DNA from: Eledone cirrhosa
Lineage: Eukaryota
DNA length: 64,000 bases
NCBI GenBank assembly: GCA_964016885.1
Contig: OZ024745.1
Coordinates: 100,874,001 to 100,938,000 of the forward strand
Reading direction: 5' to 3'
The notes beneath the pieces are model-generated. The model worked only from the letters and a program-made list of their open reading frames with translations. It had not been told where the DNA came from and did not search any database. This document shows positions 56,747-64,000 of this stretch, in pieces; position 1 is the stretch's first letter; every line of letters begins with the position of its first letter. The translations under genes and the position numbers were made by a program.

Positions 56747-57182
56747 GAAAGTGAGGTTTTTTTTACAAAATGAAGAACAACCGAGGTGTCCTACACGAGT
56801 GAAAGTATAAAGAAGAAAAGATGAAATCGAAAATGCAACTGGAGTCTTATTTTAAAAAATATATATATATTTATTTGGTTCCTTTACCGGTTTCACAGTT
56901 CTTCTGCTTTTCAAAAGTAGAGTTGAGATGGAGGGTCTGTTCGTCTTTCCCACATCTGGTTGGTCTTTGAATGTTACTTAACCTGGCCTTTCGAGCCACT
57001 TTTTTCCATATAAAACAAGTAACATTTTAAGACCAACCAGATGTGAGAAAAACCACAGACCCTCCATCTCAACTCTATTTTTGAAAAGCAGAAGAACTGT
57101 GAAACCGGTAAAGGAACCAAATAAATATATATATATATTTTTAAATAAGACTCCAGTTGCATTTTCGATTTCATCTTTTTTT

Positions 57183-57186
<4 letters not shown>
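56747..57186 (-). mobile_element. PLE-like family G fold-back element
   Basis: Arms about 56815-56978 and 57017-57180; unpaired tail 56747-56814. Confidence 0.7.
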
Positions 57187-57240
<54 letters not shown>

Positions 57241-57246
<6 letters not shown>

Positions 57247-57540
57247 AAGATAACAAGGACGATCGGTTACTCCTTCATTACATTTATTGGTAGGTGACGC
57301 GCGTTTCGCCACTGATCAGTTCAAGGTTCGATCTGTATCGATCTTACCCGACTCTATAACCCGCAGCTCGACGGACCCTAAAGGGCCACCAACCAATAAA
57401 TGTAATGAAGGAGTAACCAGTCGTCCTTGTTATCTTTCCAATATACACTCTGTATAGCTCTACACCTCGACACAGAAATGAACCTAAACATCGAGTGCTC
57501 ACCCGGGTGAACCTACAGTAACTCCAAGTTACACTCCGTA
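57241..57540 (+). mobile_element. PLE-like family K fold-back element
   Basis: 57241-57296 recurs inverted at 57387-57443; degenerate hammerhead on the minus arm; tail 57444-57540. Confidence 0.7.
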
Positions 57541-57550
57541 TATATATATA

Positions 57551-57761
57551 GGAAAATGTTCAAGACCCCGACGGCAGTGCTCAAGCCGTTTCGACGGCTA
57601 TTTCTGGACTTATATGATATAGTCCAGAAATAGCCGTCGAAACGGCTTGAGCTCTGCCGTCGGGGTCTTGAACATTTTCCTATTACCCACTGTATTACCC
57701 AAAGTATTGAGTACTCTGGTGCGTTATGGGCCACCTGGTTCTTTACCACACTTCCTTCGTT
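57551..57761 (+). mobile_element. PLE-like family B fold-back element
   Basis: Palindrome 57551-57680 plus tail. Confidence 0.8.
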
Positions 57762-57806
57762 ATATATATATACATATACATATACACACACACACACATA
57801 TATACA

Positions 57807-58186
57807 CTCAGATGGTGGATGGGTGCTACACGAGAATGCTGAGGATGGCTCTGAACATTAATCAGTATACACTGAGGATGAAAAACTCAGAGCTGTATGG
57901 GAGCATCCCAAAAGTCAGCTCAAAAGTGACACAGAGAAGACTGAGGTTGGCTGGACATGCTCACCGACATCCAGAGTTGACATTGCACTCAGTGTTCCTT
58001 TGGGAGCCCCTACATGGACACACTAGAAGAGGAAGACCAAGGTTAACATATGTTGATGCCCTAAGGACAGACACTGGTCTGTTGGAGATGCAGGATATGG
58101 CAGCGATAATGAGGGACAGAGACCGCTGGAGAGAACTCGTCCATGGATCTCGGGAATTTTACCCGCCTTAGATAGATAGATAGATA
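57807..58186 (+). mobile_element. 5'-truncated RTE-like LINE 3' end
   Basis: DGCYTRMLRMALNI...RRLRLAGH...LWEP...RRGRP...TY.D...M.DRDRWR, stop, then (TAGA)n tail. Confidence 0.88.
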
Positions 58187-58195
58187 TATATATAT

Positions 58196-59294
58196 TAAAA
58201 TAACAGATTAAAGTTTAAGCAAAGAATCGCTGCTTTCACCCTTAACGGGATCTTCTGAAACTAAAAGAGTCAATCTGTGAACGCAGAAGTAAATATTTCC
58301 AAAAATGTTGCAACCGAAGGAAGACAGGAAGACGATACTTTGGTTCGTGGAAACGTTCCCTGGCAAAGAACGGAAAAAACGAAGATAATACGTCATTATT
58401 TGGTGCAGTGAAGGGCGGTGGATTGGCAGTATTGGGAGAGGGTCGGACGCCATGCTTTGACGTATAGAGTTACGGCCCTTGCCATTCTGAGTTCAAATCC
58501 CGCCGAGGTTAACTTTGCCTTTCATCCTTACGGGGTCGATAAAATAAAGTACCAGTAATGCACTGGGTAATTGCTGGCCTTGTGCCTAACGTAGAAACAA
58601 TTATTTGGTGCAGTGAAAACAATTACACGCGAAGACAAAACCACGTTTATGGTATAAATGAAGTCATAGACTAATATTCTATTAGGTGATTCATGGAGAC
58701 GTTCTCTGGCAATGAACGAAAATAACGAAGATAATACGTCATTATGTGGAACGTGGAGAACAATTGCACGCAAAGACAAAACCACGTAAATAGTATAACC
58801 GATGTCGTAGACTAAAATTCTATTTAGCAAACCGAATGATTCTCAGCTCCAGAGTTAAGAATAAAGTAAATAAAATACAGAGGTAATTGAAATTAAATAT
58901 ATACATACACACATCCATATACGTACATACACAAGCATACGCGAAAACACTCGCCATAGGTATACAAATACAAGCACGTACACAAAAGAAACCCGCACAC
59001 ACATACAGAACCCACGCCACGCCTGTACGCGCACACATACGAATGTATACACCAAATACACCTAAAAAAAATAAATAAAAACATATATATATATACACAT
59101 GTGTGTATATATATGCGTTCACAGATTGACTTTTTTAGTCTCAGAAGATCCCGTTAAGGGTGAAAGCAGCGATTATTTGCTTAAACTTTAATCTGTTATT
59201 TTAATAAATATTTGCACTACGGTTCTTATATATCTGATGTATATTTATTCTTATCGAGCCCTCTTTGCATTTTAGTCTTCAAATTTATTACTAT

Positions 59295-59352
<58 letters not shown>

Positions 59353-59537
59353 ATAATAGTAATAATAATAAATTTGAAGACTAAAATGCGAAGAGGGTTC
59401 GCTAAGGATAAATATATATCAAATATATAAGAACCGTAGAGCAAATATTTATTAAAATATTGACTTTTTTAGTTTCAGAAGATCCCGTTAAGTGTGAAAG
59501 CAGCGATTCTTTGCTTAAACTTTAATCTGTTATTTTA

Positions 59538-59542
<5 letters not shown>
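58196..59542. mobile_element. Cluster of PLE family A segments in alternating orientation
   Basis: Minus 58196-59085, plus 59113-59298, minus 59350-59459, plus 59460-59542; hammerhead-like motifs at 58213-58261, 59138-59186 and 59472-59520. Confidence 0.78.
58413..58599 (+). mobile_element. SINE family 1 nested in PLE family A
   Basis: 18-bp TSD ATTATTTGGTGCAGTGAA (58395, 58600). Confidence 0.95.
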
Positions 59543-59617
<75 letters not shown>

Positions 59618-59691
59618 ATATAAATATATATGTACATATATATATATATGCATATATATATATATATGCATTTATCTACATATTTATCTAC

Positions 59692-59729
<38 letters not shown>

Positions 59730-59791
59730 GTATATTGTGTATATTGTATATATATATATATATATGTATACACACACACTCACACACACAG

Positions 59792-59833
<42 letters not shown>

Positions 59834-59948
59834 TTGGTGACCATATATACTTACGTTAGAAATCCTTTTGTGTGTGTGTGTGTGTATGTTTCTGTGTGTG
59901 TGAGTGTGTGTGTATACATGTACATATGTATGTGTGTGTGTGTATATG

Positions 59949-60008
<60 letters not shown>

Positions 60009-60538
60009 TATATATATATATGTATGTGTGTGTATACATATATATATATATGCAATATACACAATATACACAATATACACACACATACGAGAGAGAGAGC
60101 GAACGGGGGGGGGGATAAATAAATAAAGAAAGAAAGAAGGAAGAAAAGAGAGAGACATGTTTCTGTGTATAGATAGATATAAAGATAGATATATGTATGA
60201 AATCACAAAGGGACAGAAATAAGGAATTTTGAGCTACATTAGACGAGGTTTATGTCTGTCTGGAGGGCGCGAACGGTGAAAGTAAAGGGAATAAAATTCA
60301 AACGACATAAAATCAAAATCGACAATCTCCATTTTTGTTGTTAGATCTCATTTTATATGACACACCAAAAGGAAGAAATAAGGATTTCTAACGTACGTAT
60401 ATATGGTCACCAAGTGTGTGTGTTTCTGTGTGTGGGTGTGTGTGTGTTTCTGTGTGTGTGTGTGTGTTTCTGTGTGTGGGTGTGTGTGTGTTTCTGTGTG
60501 TGTGTGTGTGTTTCTGTGTGTGTGTGTGTGTGTGTGTG

Positions 60539-60569
<31 letters not shown>

Positions 60570-60635
60570 TTACATGTACATATGTGTATGTGTGTGTGTG
60601 TGTGTGTGTGTGTATGTCACACAAAGGTCAATATT

Positions 60636-60718
60636 TAGTGGGTCGTCAAGTATGAAATTTGTAGAAATTTGTAAAAATAAAACAAATTTCTACAAATTTC
60701 ATACTTACTGACCCAATA
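60636..60718. mobile_element. Tc1/mariner-type MITE, same family as 3651
   Basis: AAGTATGAAATTTGTAGAAATTTG / CAAATTTCTACAAATTTCATACTT. Confidence 0.72.
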
Positions 60719-60891
60719 TATCAAATAACAATAGCGGTTCGACAAAAATGGATCGAGAAAATAAGTACTGCGGTCGATATGAACGACTAAATTAATGTTG
60801 TGCCCTACCATGTCTACAGTCTGATGACACACCAGAAGGAATAAATAGGAATTTCTAACGTAGGCACACATGGTCACAAAGAGAGAGAGAA

Positions 60892-60930
<39 letters not shown>

Positions 60931-60977
60931 TTGAAGTAAGATAGTATGTATAGTTGTTTAAATGGACGCTAGTCTTT

Positions 60978-61114
60978 GACCAGTATTTAATGTATAAATT
61001 CAAAAAGAATAAACGGCAAAATCGAATACACCGGAATTTGAACCCAGAATGTAGAGAGACGTAGCTAAATACTATAAGGGACTTTTTTTGTGACGCTCTA
61101 CCGATTCTGCCATC
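60978..61114 (-). mobile_element. Old diverged SINE family 1
   Basis: GGAATTTGAACCCAGAA...CTCTACCGATTCTGCCA. Confidence 0.6.
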
Positions 61115-61904
61115 CATTTTCATTGATGAGTAAATCTATCATTTATGTCATTAGAAAAAATGTATGAAATTCATTCTCCTCACTAAATGTTCAAATAAAC
61201 CTTTTAGATTTTATTTTGTCGAAAAGCCAATATTTGCATCTCGTTTGTACCAGACGTATATTTGGTCTTATTAATACAGTCTACTTCAGATGCTTCCTTG
61301 TTCTATTATTTGAATTGCTGTTTAGAAAAATATTTATGTTACTGTTTTCCTTGGAATTTTGATATGATACTGTCTACTCCCCCCTCCCCCTCTCCTCTCT
61401 CACTCGTACACACACATACAGACTCTCCCCGCACACACAGCCGCCCCCTCACAGACACACACATACATACATACACACACGCACGCACGCACGCACTATT
61501 GAAAGATCAAGCGTGTCAACTGTGACATTTGCAAGCACTTCAGACAGCTGAGATCGATGTGCCTCATGTTCTGTTTGGACATCTCTTTCTTGAACATATT
61601 AGAAAATTATGGGCAGGGTTTGGTGTTGTTCTCCGTAGGAGTGATTCGGTAAATTTTTAATGAAGGAAATATGATTCAGCCACAGTAGGGAGGAAAAGAA
61701 TAGACGAAGGGGGATAGGCTGATATGTTGCAACACTTGCTGGTTCATATAAGTAGAATATTAGCGACGAAACAGAAAACTCACTTGTTAGTGAGTGATCG
61801 TTTGACAAAAAGTCAAATTACCCTCTTTGTGGGGGGTGCCGTCTAAGTCCGATCTTTGTGTGTACTCTATTACATACACAAATATATATATATATATATA
61901 TATA

Positions 61905-62090
61905 GGAACCAGTAAGACCCCGACAGCTGAGCTCAAGCCGTTTCGACGGTTAATTCAGAATTAGCCGTCGAAACGGCTTGAGCTCAGCTGTCGGGGTCTT
62001 ACTGGTTCCTATTACCCACTCTACTACCTCAAGTATTGAGTACTTTGGTGCGTTATGGTCCACCTGGTTCCTTACCACATTTCCTTCGTT
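61905..62090 (+). mobile_element. PLE-like family B fold-back element
   Basis: Palindrome 61905-62009 plus tail. Confidence 0.8.
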
Positions 62091-62112
62091 ATATATATAT
62101 ATATATATATAT

Positions 62113-63831
62113 AAGTAGAAGTTGTATTTAATTTGTTGGAAGTCCGACAAACAAAAATGTTTATAACTGATTTAGAGCACTCAACAGTTTACTGGAGTAA
62201 GTATTCAATGATATTAAATTTTAAATTCAGTCAAAACCAGTGATAATATATTTAACTATGTAAGTGCAACTTCTACAGTATTTAAAAGTCGTTGGAATAA
62301 TCAGAAATGCTCTTTCCAAAGACTTGATAAATAATCTTCAACTTCTCTTTCAAACTTGATATGGAACTTAAAATGCAAGAATATAGACTATTCATTAACT
62401 TTGGAAATAATTTCGAAAGCACCCGCATACCGAAACACAGCTTTATCTAGATTTTACAAATTGTGTGTTGAGGAAATTTTCTTCATACTTAAATGTAAGA
62501 ACTCTATTAATGTAAGGACGAATTTATTTAGTTCTTGTAGACATCGCCTGAATTCAACATTTAGAACTATATATAAATTATAATTACACTTATAATATTT
62601 CTACTTATTTCCATAACAATCTTATCCACTGTTTTAATATATTGTTATCTCTAAATTATATCTATAATATTTGCTATAATTTCACTTCTTAAAGTTTCTT
62701 AAAATATATACATATATGATCCTAATTTTTAAATTTTAATTTTTAATTTTAATTTTAATTTTAATATTTTTTAATTCTTTATTTTTTTATTTTTTATTTC
62801 TTAAATTTTTTATATATTTTTTTAAATTACTTACTTTTTTTAAATTACTTATTTTTTTTAAAATTACTTATCTCTTATGAATTATTTTAAAAAAATGTTC
62901 CCGAATTTTTAATATTTTTTAATAAAAATGTTTAATATCTTTTATTAGATTTATAACCACTAATTCAGGCTAAGTATATCTTTCAACATTTATATCTTTA
63001 ACATTTATACTTATTTTGACAAATTAGTCTCATACTAACGAATAAATAAACAAAACTGGAGTTTTTTCCGTATCTTCCCATTTTAAAATATATAAATATA
63101 AATATTCTTATTAACTCAGTTAACTTAATTTAATTTAACTTAATATTTACTTACATTAAATATAAACCAATATCCCTCATAACTCATTAAAACAATTATC
63201 TATAACACGATATACCCATCTATCCATTTATTTATCTATTTATCTATTTATCTATTTATCTATTTATTGATTTATTTTTCTATTTATTTTTCTATCTATT
63301 TTTCTATCTATTTATTTTTCTATCAATTTTTCTATCTATTTATTTTTCTATCTACTTATAACAGTAAATATTATATTAGAAAAGAATTTTAACAACTAAT
63401 TAATCGTAAATACACGTACCATTAGTAGATATATACTTAAAATATATTCCCCCAAATTAACGTTACATAAGTTCTATTCATCCTCTTGTTAATTTCTTCT
63501 CTCTATCTCTCTCGTAATATTTTTTATTTTTTCTCTCTCTCTCTATTTTCTCTCTCTTTCTCCAGTGTCATTTAAATAAACGGTTGTTTTTCAATTATTT
63601 ACATATTCATTTGCATATTCACACATAAGTTTGAATAATCCCTAATATATTTCCACTATCCAGTGAATTTCCAACCGATAAGGTATGATTTTCATGGGTA
63701 TGTCTTTATTTATAAAACAAACTTTGTATTTTATCTGATGAAAGCGTACCAATGTTGTCTTGGTTGCCCTTGAAATATATATAATAAAATAAATATGGTT
63801 TTATAAATATAGTTTCCATTTATTAAATATA

Positions 63832-63836
<5 letters not shown>
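62113..63836 (+). mobile_element. PLE family C: inverted tail, endonuclease, AT-rich 3' region, hammerhead (63727-63791)
   Basis: TATTTTAT-CTGATGA...GAAA-TATATA-TA-ATAAAATA; TA-flanked at both ends. Confidence 0.75.
62220..62583 (+). pseudogene. PLE GIY-YIG endonuclease remnant (family C)
   Basis: NYVSATSTVFKSRWNNQK...STSLSNLIWNLK...IISKAPAY...LCVEE...INVRTNLFSSCRH. Confidence 0.8.
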
Positions 63837-63883
<47 letters not shown>

Positions 63884-63947
63884 CAGTATCATACCCTGTT
63901 TCATAATAGTGGCGTATATGGAGGCATATACAATAAGTTTATGTATA

Positions 63948-64000
<53 letters not shown>

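Overview
AT-rich, microsatellite-dense animal DNA (intergenic or intronic). The SINE families suggest a cephalopod such as Octopus, but that is an inference. No intact host protein-coding gene, rRNA, true tRNA or CRISPR array can be supported, and nearly all ORF-track entries are (TA)n/(CA)n/(CT)n or SINE artefacts. The window holds about 25 copies of one tRNA-derived SINE (several with clear TSDs), three copies of a second CORE-like SINE, decayed LINE pieces (RTE-, CR1-, CRE- and L1/Tx1-like), Helitron-like and Tc1/mariner/hAT-like non-autonomous elements, and a 1.6-kb 34-bp minisatellite that appears to be derived from a LINE endonuclease ORF. The dominant hidden structure is a community of about ten or more Penelope-like retroelement (PLE) families inserted into (TA)n tracts. 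Five GIY-YIG endonuclease remnants are visible, along with about 20 type I hammerhead-ribozyme motifs that have family-specific palindromic stem III and recurring core variants. About 10 insertions share one architecture: a 3' end with its tail, plus an inverted tail-less arm. All coordinates and folds were read by eye and may be off by a few bases.
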